DNA of 23,882 bases from Fidelibacterota bacterium (lineage in GTDB: Bacteria > Fidelibacterota > Fidelibacteria > Fidelibacterales > Fidelibacteraceae): contig JAYEOX010000019.1 in assembly GCA_034723415.1 (NCBI GenBank), forward strand, positions 1 to 23,882, in the 5' to 3' direction. The position numbers were made by a program, and so were the translations under genes. A model generated the notes under the pieces. The model was not told the DNA's origin and did no database searches. It saw nothing but the letters and a program-made list of their open reading frames with translations. Positions 1 to 7,634 of the stretch are shown in pieces. Within the stretch, counting starts at the first letter, position 1. Each line of letters begins with the position of its first letter.

Positions 1-532
1 CAAAATCCATTATTTTTATTTCGTTATTAGAATTTATCATTATGTTTTGCGGTTTTATATCTTTGTGAACTACATTGTTCGTATGTGCATAAGATAATCC
101 TTCGGCAATCTGTTTTGCATATTTTTTAACAATATCTTCAGGAACTTTTTTATCTTTATAATCAAGTTTTATCTCTGTCAATGTTTTCCCATCGATAAAT
201 TCCATATCAATATATTTTATCTTACCATTCTTATGTAGATCATAAACTCTAACAATATTTTTATGATTAAGAGCGATCATTGTCTGTGCCTCTCTTTGCA
301 GATCCATCATTGATTCTTTATCATTTACAATTGCTTCGGGAATAATTTTCAATGCTTTGTCAATATTCATATCTTCATCATAGGCACAATAAACAGCACC
401 AAATCCACCTTGACCGATTTTCTCCTTTATTGTATAGCGATTGTCAATTTTGTGTCCTTTCGGCAGATCCTCAAGATTTATTTTTCCGTATATCTGTGAT
501 GATTTTTTTATTGTTTGATTTTGGTTTGGCAT
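1..532 (-). CDS. Hanks-type Ser/Thr protein kinase, N-terminal 177 codons (runs off the left edge; missing from the supplied ORF track)
   Basis: Manual translation from ATG 532: MPNQNQ...RYTIKEKIGQGGFGAVY (Gly loop), KALK (VAIK Lys), REA (helix C Glu), LNHKNIVRVYD, MEFIDG, HKDIKPQNIM (catalytic loop), IKIMDF(G) at the edge. AGGA RBS at 541-544. Confidence 0.95.
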   Translation of the reverse strand, partial: MPNQNQTIKKSSQIYGKINLEDLPKGHKIDNRYTIKEKIGQGGFGAVYCAYDEDMNIDKALKIIPEAIVNDKESMMDLQREAQTMIALNHKNIVRVYDLHKNGKIKYIDMEFIDGKTLTEIKLDYKDKKVPEDIVKKYAKQIAEGLSYAHTNNVVHKDIKPQNIMINSNNEIKIMDF

Positions 533-590
533 TTTATTATTCCTATTTTATTTTTCATATTTATCATTTTGGTAATTTATTTGAGGTTTA

Positions 591-1379
591 TCATTTATTC
601 AATTCATACCAAACATTATTTCCTGCACCTTTCTTGATTATTTTATTTTTAATAATTAATTTATGCAAATCGTGAAATGCTGTGTTTTTTACAACATTAA
701 ACTCATTACAAATATTTTTACTTTTAATAGAGCCATTTTTTTGTATAAAACTAATAATCCAGTCTGTTCTAAATTCTTTTGTGTTCGATTTGTGTTCGAT
801 TTGTGTTCGATTTGCATTCGATTTGTGTTCGATTTGCTTCGGATCTAATTCAAACCAAATATTGTTTCCATCACCTTTTTGAATGATTTCATTTTGTGCA
901 ATCATATCTCTAAGTCCTTTAGAAACAGTGTCTTTGTGTAGCATAAACTTTTCCCTAATTATTTTGTTGGTTATTTTATTCTCATTTTCCAAAAAAGTTA
1001 AAATCCAATTGCGTCGGATTTGTGTCGGATTTGTGTCGGATTTGCGTCGGATTTGTGTCGGATTTGCGTTCGATTTGCGTTCGATTTTTTTCAAATCGGT
1101 TTCTCTAAAAAATATTGTCGTAAAAAAATCACCTGTTTCAAATTTTACTTTTGTTTTATATTTTTTTGTAAGCCCTTTGATCCTCTTAATACCGGAACCT
1201 GCTTTTTCAACTAATCCTAATCGATGCACCAAATCTACGAGAATTGGATTTCTTCTAACACTTACCTTGCCAAAATCAGATTTAGGAAATAATAATTTAC
1301 CCGGATTTATTATTTCAACTTTGTCCGGAGAAATATTTATTTGAACATTTGAATTCACAAAATAATCTCGATGAATCAT
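591..1379 (-). CDS. Putative DNA-binding protein: C-terminal part of the AlbA_2/HATPase_c_4 ('RecG C-terminal-like') family with two tandem winged-HTH domains; appears N-terminally truncated
   Basis: Motifs IHRDY, EIINPG, RNPILVDL and VEKAGSGIKRI are typical of HATPase_c_4 regulators. Two similar C-terminal units: WILTFL...IIQKGDGNNIWFEL and WIISFI...IIKKGAGNNVWYEL. Confidence 0.75.
   Translation of the reverse strand: MIHRDYFVNSNVQINISPDKVEIINPGKLLFPKSDFGKVSVRRNPILVDLVHRLGLVEKAGSGIKRIKGLTKKYKTKVKFETGDFFTTIFFRETDLKKIERKSNANPTQIRRKSDTNPTQIRRNWILTFLENENKITNKIIREKFMLHKDTVSKGLRDMIAQNEIIQKGDGNNIWFELDPKQIEHKSNANRTQIEHKSNTKEFRTDWIISFIQKNGSIKSKNICNEFNVVKNTAFHDLHKLIIKNKIIKKGAGNNVWYELNK
776..846. repeat. 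11-bp tandem array A (consensus GATTTGTGTTC, about 6 units) inside the CDS
   Basis: Units start at 776 (degenerate), 787, 798, 809, 820 and 831, with a partial unit at 842. Confidence 0.95.
1006..1087. repeat. 11-bp tandem array B (GATTTGYGTCG / GATTTGCGTTC, about 7 units) inside the CDS
   Basis: Units start at 1006 (degenerate), 1017, 1028, 1039, 1050, 1061 and 1072, with a partial unit at 1083. Confidence 0.95.
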
Positions 1380-1406
1380 TTTATTTGTTTTCCACCTTGT
1401 TACCTT

Positions 1407-2186
1407 TTATAATTTAAAATTCGACACGACCACAATAGAAACATCGTCTTTTGATTTATTCTCTTGCGAAAGATTGTATAATGATTCTGTTATTTCTTCC
1501 AAATTTGAACTTTCTTCAATTATATTTTGTATTGCATCATCTATCATTACATCTGTCAGGCCATCAGAACAAAGTAAAAACAGATATTTTTTTGGTAATT
1601 TTATTTCATAGCTGTTTTGTTTCACATTTTTATCTATTCCCATCGCTTGTGTAATGATATTTTTTCTCGGATGAGTTATAATATCTTCTTTTGAAATTAT
1701 TTTTTGTTCATAAAGTTTCCATACTTCAGAATGGTCTTCAGTAATTTGTTGAAATTTATCTTTATCAAAGTCAAATAGATATAACCTGCTGTCACCAACA
1801 TTATTAATATAAGCAAATTCATCTTTAATCAGCAAATTTACAAGTGTCGTTCCCATACCGGAATACTCTTTATGCTCCTTGGATAACTTATACAACTTGT
1901 TATTTAAATATTTAATCTTGTTGTTTAACCAATTTGGTATATCATCTGTAACAGGGCTTTCGTAATAATCTTTTTCTAACCAATTTGAGCAAAGTTCACT
2001 TGCAACTTCGCCTGCTTGATGCCCGCCCATTCCATCGCATACAACATAAAGAAAACCCTTTTCATTTGTGTTAATACTACTGAGATTAAATTTTTTATTA
2101 ATTTCAGGTAAAACAATGCAATCTTCATTTTCGATGTTTTTTTTACCTTTTCGTGACAAATGATATGAATTAATATTATTTTTCAT
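1407..2186 (-). CDS. PP2C/PPM-family Ser/Thr protein phosphatase (PrpC/Stp-like)
   Basis: Motifs NED, CDGMGGHQAGEVAS, GMGTT, NVGDSRLY, TEDHS, HPRKNIITQAMG, LLCSDGL, KDDVS. Confidence 0.95.
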   Translation of the reverse strand: MKNNINSYHLSRKGKKNIENEDCIVLPEINKKFNLSSINTNEKGFLYVVCDGMGGHQAGEVASELCSNWLEKDYYESPVTDDIPNWLNNKIKYLNNKLYKLSKEHKEYSGMGTTLVNLLIKDEFAYINNVGDSRLYLFDFDKDKFQQITEDHSEVWKLYEQKIISKEDIITHPRKNIITQAMGIDKNVKQNSYEIKLPKKYLFLLCSDGLTDVMIDDAIQNIIEESSNLEEITESLYNLSQENKSKDDVSIVVVSNFKL

Positions 2187-2252
2187 TTTTTTCCCAAATA
2201 TGTTTATTATTATTATAATTTGATAAAAATAATTGCAAATATCAACATAAAA

Positions 2253-2269
2253 TTTGTCAACTTGACAAA
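2253..2269. promoter_or_regulatory. Perfect inverted repeat TTTGTCAA-C-TTGACAAA upstream of the phosphatase gene (candidate operator; contains TTGACA on both strands)
   Basis: 8-bp arms with a 1-nt spacer, about 67 nt upstream of the PP2C ATG. Function is inferred. Confidence 0.4.
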
Positions 2270-2551
2270 GATCACATTTTTCGGTTGGGTTATTTATATA
2301 AGTTTTTTTGTCTTTATGCTTTGAGAAGATTTATACTAATATATCAATCGCTATTTAAACTCAATTTCTAAATTCACAATTTCATTTGGTTTTAATTTAA
2401 TTTCAATATTGGATTATTTAAATTTGGATAAGTTTAATCTGTTTTTTTTTACAAAAATATTACACGAAATAAAAACAATTAATTTTTTCATGATTAAATT
2501 CATTGATATTTATTTTTGAAACATATAGAAATTATAAGTTTATTTAAGTTT

Positions 2552-2584
2552 CCTTTATATTTCTTATATGCCTTATATGGTTAA
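2552..2584 (-). repeat. TTAACC-headed short tandem repeat (ATATAAG x3, 9-nt period)
   Basis: The minus strand reads TTAACC-ATATAAG-GC-ATATAAG-AA-ATATAAAG-G. Confidence 0.7.
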
Positions 2585-2680
2585 TTCTTTTCCCATTTTG
2601 TTGCTTATTTTAATATACAATATAATTTAACATTCCGAAAATTTTTTATTAATTCATCATGCTTTTTTATAATATAGACA

Positions 2681-4486
2681 TTATTCATCAACAAAATATA
2701 ATGCTCCAACCAACCCGGGACCTCCGTGCGCACTTATAGCCGGCCCGACATTTTCAAAATAATATTTAGCATCACTCCAAATCTTTTCTAATGCAATTTT
2801 AAAATCCATTGCTTTTCTCTTTGCTCTAAAATGGACAATTCCAATATCTGTCGGTTCTTTTCCATTTAATTCTTTTTTCATTTTTTTGATGACTTTCTTC
2901 CAATTATCATCCCGCTTTCTTAAAATTCCCTTTTTCACAAGTTTGCCACTTTTATCAAATCCAATTATTGGAACGAGTTTTAAAAATTTCAAAATTTTGC
3001 CAACATTTTTATTTAATCTTCCGCCTTTAATAATATATTCCAATGTATCAAAGATAATATATGTTTTATGTTGATTTGCTAATTTGTTTGCCTTTTGAAC
3101 AATTTCGTCTATCGGCACTTTATTTTTAACCATTTCCGCAACTTTAATTGCAATGATACCAGCTACTATGCTCGCCCCTTTACTATCAATTATATGAATT
3201 CTATCTTTAGCAATTTGTTTTGCGGCATTAAATGCATTTTGAAATGTTCCGCTGGCATTTTTAGAAATGTGAATTGAAATAATATGCTCGTAATGACTGA
3301 TCAAGTAGCGATACATATTGACAAAATCACGTGGCGGTGGTTGTGATGTTTTTGGATGATGTGGAGAAGTTTCTAACTTTTTTTGGAATTCCTCTAAATT
3401 TAAAGTAACTCTATCAATATAATTTTCATCTCCAAAATTAATTCTAATCGGTACGACATTAATATTGTAAACATCTAACAATTCTTCAGACAGATCACAT
3501 GCACTATCAACAACTATACCAATTTTTTCCTTATGTTGGGTTTGAACTATTTGTTTCTTCATATCATCGGCTTTTTTGTTTTTCACCTTACCATAATTAG
3601 AAAGCATTTCAAAAACATAATTGGGAGTATCTGTATGAATATGAATTTTGGTTTTATTTCCGCCTCCGGCAATTATCAATGAATCACCAAATGTTTTTAA
3701 TTTCTCTTTTAGTTGTTTGTTGTTGATAATGCAATCATTGACAATGCATTCGGTACAATATCTATATTTAATATTTGGATCAAAAACTGTTTGATGCTCT
3801 CTTATATAAGGAGACGCTAATTCTTTTAATTCCTCCCATATTTCTCTTATCTTTCCACCTTTTATAAATTCGTTTATCCCCTCTAACATATTTACGAAAC
3901 CCTGAGCTCCTGCATCTACAACATGAGAATCTTTTAAAACCCTTAACTTTGATGGCGATTTTTCTAATTCTATTTGACAATTTTTTAAAGCAATAGCAAG
4001 TATATCAACAAAATCTTCATTGTTTTTCGAAAGTTTGTTCCATGACAATGACCATTCTTTTATTACAGATAATATTGTTCCCTCTTTTGGAGCAATTAGA
4101 GAATCATATGCATATTCAAAAGAACTTTCTACCGCTTTTGCAAATTCTTTTGTTGAGACCTTTTTTTTATTTTGCAATTTTTCTGCTATTCCAAAAAAGA
4201 ATTGTGCTAAAATTGTTCCTGAATTTCCCCTCGCACTCATTAATGCGCTGTCAGAAATGTCACGTGTAATTGAATCAATCGCATCGCTTGAATTATATCT
4301 CAGCGATTCAATAATAGCATGTAATGTTGATGCCATATTGGTTCCGGTATCGCCATCCGGCACAGGAAAAACGTTTATCTTATTTAAATAATCTGTATTA
4401 TTAATTAATTTTTGTGCAGCTGCAATTGTCGCCAGACGAAATCGTTTTCCATTTACATATTTAATTTTCATATATTTTATGTTCAT
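2681..4486 (-). CDS. Fatty acid kinase-like DAK2 (FakA) domain fused to a DegV (FakB) fatty-acid-binding domain
   Basis: FakA-type motifs: NVFPVPDGDTGTNM, ARGNSG, EGTILSV, DAGAQG, YCTE, KIHIHT. DegV-type motifs: VDSACDL, PKTSQP, ISKNASGT, IIDSK, GGRL, HGGPG. Confidence 0.92.
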   Translation of the reverse strand: MNIKYMKIKYVNGKRFRLATIAAAQKLINNTDYLNKINVFPVPDGDTGTNMASTLHAIIESLRYNSSDAIDSITRDISDSALMSARGNSGTILAQFFFGIAEKLQNKKKVSTKEFAKAVESSFEYAYDSLIAPKEGTILSVIKEWSLSWNKLSKNNEDFVDILAIALKNCQIELEKSPSKLRVLKDSHVVDAGAQGFVNMLEGINEFIKGGKIREIWEELKELASPYIREHQTVFDPNIKYRYCTECIVNDCIINNKQLKEKLKTFGDSLIIAGGGNKTKIHIHTDTPNYVFEMLSNYGKVKNKKADDMKKQIVQTQHKEKIGIVVDSACDLSEELLDVYNINVVPIRINFGDENYIDRVTLNLEEFQKKLETSPHHPKTSQPPPRDFVNMYRYLISHYEHIISIHISKNASGTFQNAFNAAKQIAKDRIHIIDSKGASIVAGIIAIKVAEMVKNKVPIDEIVQKANKLANQHKTYIIFDTLEYIIKGGRLNKNVGKILKFLKLVPIIGFDKSGKLVKKGILRKRDDNWKKVIKKMKKELNGKEPTDIGIVHFRAKRKAMDFKIALEKIWSDAKYYFENVGPAISAHGGPGLVGALYFVDE

Positions 4487-4487
4487 T

Positions 4488-5087
4488 TTATTTACCTTTC
4501 GGTTTTATTGGTAATTCGTCAGGAGAAATCATTCCGGCGCTCATTAATATTTTTAATCCATCTTCTATTGTATATTTAGTTTCTATTACATCATTACAAT
4601 TAATAAATAATGCAAATCCTGAGGTTGGATTGGGGGTAGTTGGTAAAAATATACTATACATTTTATTCCCTTCTGCATCTGTTTTATTTCCTGTTACAAA
4701 CCCAATTGTCCAAACACCTTCTAATGGATACTGCAACCAAACCACTTTTTTGAATTCTTTAGAACTGTCTCTTTGTAATATTGTAACCAAACCTTTCATT
4801 GTGTTATATATTTTACCAAATAGCGGCACTTTGTAAATAATTTTTTCAACCCAATTAAGAAGTGTCTTTCCAAAATAATGATCTGTTAAAACACCCACAA
4901 AAATAATAAAACCAATAGACAACAAAATACCAAAACCGGGTATATAAAATGGCAATAATTTTTTTAATAAATGTCCTAAAAAATTATCTAAAAAATTGAA
5001 AATCATTTGTAGTGTTAAAACAGTTATTCCAAATGGAATAATTACAACTAATCCCGAAATAATTGATCTTTTTAAATTAAACTTAAT
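4488..5087 (-). CDS. DUF502-family membrane protein; start probably ATT at 5087 rather than ATG 5006
   Basis: Motifs PGFG, KVPLFGKIY, YP, IGFVT, FLPTTPNPTSGF and S.G match DUF502. The frame is open for 27 more codons upstream (IKFNLKRSIISGLVVIIPFGITVLTLQ), which supplies the first TM helix. AAGGAG lies 6 nt before the ATT. Confidence 0.88.
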   Translation of the reverse strand: MKFNLKRSIISGLVVIIPFGITVLTLQMIFNFLDNFLGHLLKKLLPFYIPGFGILLSIGFIIFVGVLTDHYFGKTLLNWVEKIIYKVPLFGKIYNTMKGLVTILQRDSSKEFKKVVWLQYPLEGVWTIGFVTGNKTDAEGNKMYSIFLPTTPNPTSGFALFINCNDVIETKYTIEDGLKILMSAGMISPDELPIKPKGK

Positions 5088-5101
5088 TTTATTCTCCTTT
5101 T

Positions 5102-6214
5102 TTATTCCTGTTTTAAATGGATAATATTAACATCAGAGGCGCCGGTATCTACACCGAGAGCTTGTAAATCATTTAAATCTGTGGCTGTAACAATAACTTG
5201 TTGTTTGCTTCTGATCTTTTTTATTATTTTTCTACTATTGGAAACATCAAGTTCAGAAAAAACATCATCAAAAAGATATATCGGCACCCTGTCTTTATTT
5301 TCTTCAATAATATTTCCTTCTGTTAATTTCATTATATTCATCCATAATTTGTGTTCACCCTGAGAAGCGAAATTCTCTAAAAGTGTTCTATCTCTATAAA
5401 AATTAACTCTATCATAATTTACACCATATAAAGAATGATGTAAAGCAATTTCTTTACTTATATTATCGTTCACTTTAGTTTTATAATTTTCTGAAAATTG
5501 ATCAAAACTCTCTCCGCTTATGGATGGATTATATTCAATTTTTACTTCTAATTTTTCAGTAACGATATTTTTAAATAACAATTTAAATTTAGTATTAAAT
5601 TGTTTAATAATGCTCTTCCTTTTTGAGAAAATTCTCCACATCAATGGTAAGATCTGCTCATTATATACATCAATTTGCTTATCTGAATAAAATTGCTTTT
5701 TTTTAGCTAAAATCTTTAAATACGCATTTCTTTGCTTCGAAAGTTTTGCATAATTTAAAAGGTCTGATAAATATTCTTTTGATATCTGGGACAATAATTT
5801 GTCAAAATAAATTCTTTTAAATTTTGAACCGCCGCTTGTTATTATATAATTCTCAGGCGATTGAAAAACAAGTGGTGTTTTGCCGATCATCTCACTGTTT
5901 TTTTTTATTTCAACGCCATCATAGAAAAATTTTTTCCCTTTGGTCTTAAGAAAATTTCCCTTTATTACTAGTTTATTACCGGATTTGTTTTCCCATTGAG
6001 ATGATATTTGAAAATAGTTATTTCCTTTTTTAACTAAATCATTATCTCGCTTACTTTTAAAAGATCTGGTGAAGCATAAAAAATAGATCGCTTCTAATAT
6101 ACTTGTTTTACCAATACCATTTTCTCCATAAATGATATTTAAACCTTTCGAAAAAGAAAACTCAGCTTCTTTTAAATTACGAAATTGTTTTAAATGTATT
6201 GTTTTTAGATACAT
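5102..6214 (-). CDS. recF: DNA replication/repair protein RecF
   Basis: FRNL, Walker A GENGIGKTSILEAIY, RSF, FASQGE, YLFDDVFSELD. Lies directly downstream of dnaN. Confidence 0.95.
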   Translation of the reverse strand: MYLKTIHLKQFRNLKEAEFSFSKGLNIIYGENGIGKTSILEAIYFLCFTRSFKSKRDNDLVKKGNNYFQISSQWENKSGNKLVIKGNFLKTKGKKFFYDGVEIKKNSEMIGKTPLVFQSPENYIITSGGSKFKRIYFDKLLSQISKEYLSDLLNYAKLSKQRNAYLKILAKKKQFYSDKQIDVYNEQILPLMWRIFSKRKSIIKQFNTKFKLLFKNIVTEKLEVKIEYNPSISGESFDQFSENYKTKVNDNISKEIALHHSLYGVNYDRVNFYRDRTLLENFASQGEHKLWMNIMKLTEGNIIEENKDRVPIYLFDDVFSELDVSNSRKIIKKIRSKQQVIVTATDLNDLQALGVDTGASDVNIIHLKQE

Positions 6215-6273
6215 TTGTAACTTCAGAAATTTTTTATTTTTTTTTGTGTTTTATTTTATAAAATTATCTATTT

Positions 6274-7392
6274 TTATTCGCCTGTTCTTAATGGCATCAA
6301 CAGGAATAGAGAATCTTCACCTTCTTTTTGTTCAAAAGGAAAAAACAAACCGGCAGAGAGTGGTGTATTCAAATATATTTTTAATTTATCACCATCAATA
6401 TGTCTTAATATTTCTCTTAACTTATCATTGTTATAGGCAATTTTAAAATCATCACCGGTATATTCTACATCTATATCTTCGCTAGCAGATGATGCCATTG
6501 ATGTATCTTCTGCGGATATGTTCATATTATTTTCAGAAAAAGAAAAGACAATAAGTCGCGATGATTCATTTGCAAAAATACCGATTCTTTTTGTGGATTG
6601 AATCAATTTATCTATGTCAATTACAATTTTCTTTTCATTACTTGTAGGAATAACGCTTTCATAATCCGGAAATTTATGTTCTAATAATCTGGAATATATA
6701 ATCGATTTGTCACCTTCCATCATTATATGATTTTTTCCAATTCGTATTTTTACCTTTTCTAAATTTTTTATAGATATTGCACATAAATTTAAAAACTTAA
6801 TTGGAACTACAATATCTCTGATATCCTCTGAACTGTCATATTCTTTCAAAACGAATTTAGATAGTTGGTGGCCATCTGTAGAAACTGCAACTAATTTATT
6901 ATCATTAAACTGAAATAATACTCCATTCAATGCAGCATGCATGTCTTCATCGTGACTTGATGCAAATGTTGTTTTCTCTATAATTCTATGAAATTTATCC
7001 GAGGGTAATGAAAAAACCTTACTTTGATTTATTATTGGAATACTTGGAAATTCCGATGCTGGTTTTCCCATTATTTTATATTCACCGCCTTTTGGTGTTG
7101 TCAATATAATATGCTCTTCCGATATTTCAAAATTTAAATCAGTGTCAGGTAATTCAGAAGTAATATTTAAAATAATCTTACTTGGTATTGCTATAGACCC
7201 CTCTTCTTCTACTGTAGCGGAACAATTTGCAGACATTGTAATTTCAAGATCAGTTGATCTTAAATGTAAAGTGTCTTTTTCAGCAGTAAATAATATGCAA
7301 CTTAAGATTGGTAATGTAGATCTTGTTGGAGTTACTTTTGAAATCTTTGATAAAATTGAATAAAATTCCTTTTTTGATACTTTAAAATTCAT
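6274..7392 (-). CDS. dnaN: DNA polymerase III beta sliding clamp
   Basis: 372 aa; TLPILSCI, STDLEI, LNGV, VSTDGHQL, SRLLEHKFPDYESVIP, C-terminal LLMPLR. GAGG RBS. Confidence 0.97.
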   Translation of the reverse strand: MNFKVSKKEFYSILSKISKVTPTRSTLPILSCILFTAEKDTLHLRSTDLEITMSANCSATVEEEGSIAIPSKIILNITSELPDTDLNFEISEEHIILTTPKGGEYKIMGKPASEFPSIPIINQSKVFSLPSDKFHRIIEKTTFASSHDEDMHAALNGVLFQFNDNKLVAVSTDGHQLSKFVLKEYDSSEDIRDIVVPIKFLNLCAISIKNLEKVKIRIGKNHIMMEGDKSIIYSRLLEHKFPDYESVIPTSNEKKIVIDIDKLIQSTKRIGIFANESSRLIVFSFSENNMNISAEDTSMASSASEDIDVEYTGDDFKIAYNNDKLREILRHIDGDKLKIYLNTPLSAGLFFPFEQKEGEDSLFLLMPLRTGE

Positions 7393-7634
7393 GGGCGACC
7401 TCTTTTTTTATTATAATAATATAAGTATTTTATTTTAATAAAGTAATATTAATAATAATAATGTTAATAATAAGGATAATTGCCTTAAGTAATGTATTAT
7501 TAATAATTTTGATTTTGATTCTCGTGTTAATAACTTTATGATTACTATTTTTTGTTTTTTTGTTTTTCATTTTTTTATATATTTTATTTTTATTTTCATT
7601 TTTTCAACAAGTTGTTAACATATAAAGTTAATAA
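7393..7634. other. Candidate chromosomal replication origin (oriC) with DnaA-box-like 9-mers, DnaA-trio-like repeats and an AT-rich unwinding region
   Basis: Minus strand: TTATCCTTA (7479-7471), TTATTAACA (7470-7462), then TTA TTA TTA TTA ATA TTA CTT (7461-7441) pointing to dnaN. Further boxes at 7525-7533, 7601-7609, 7612-7620 and 7626-7634. A perfect TTATCCACA at 7992-8000. parS sites and mnmG are nearby. Confidence 0.65.

Noticed and set aside
776..1087. 11-bp arrays as a CRISPR array
   Set aside because: Units are contiguous with no unique spacers, are far too short, lie inside a CDS, and no cas genes are present.
352..1654. Plus-strand ORFs (352-675, 663-848, 682-882, 883-1344, 1020-1214, 1451-1654)
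   Set aside because: They are antisense shadows of motif-supported minus-strand genes. Several stay open partly because the 11-mer repeat has no stop codons.
2290..2360. Possible remnant of a small helical-bundle gene in the spacer
   Set aside because: Only a vague resemblance over a few codons interrupted by stops; it cannot be supported without a search.
4255..4270. TCACGTG cores near 4260 and 3327 as extra parS sites
   Set aside because: The flanks do not match the GTTTCACGTGAAAC palindrome.
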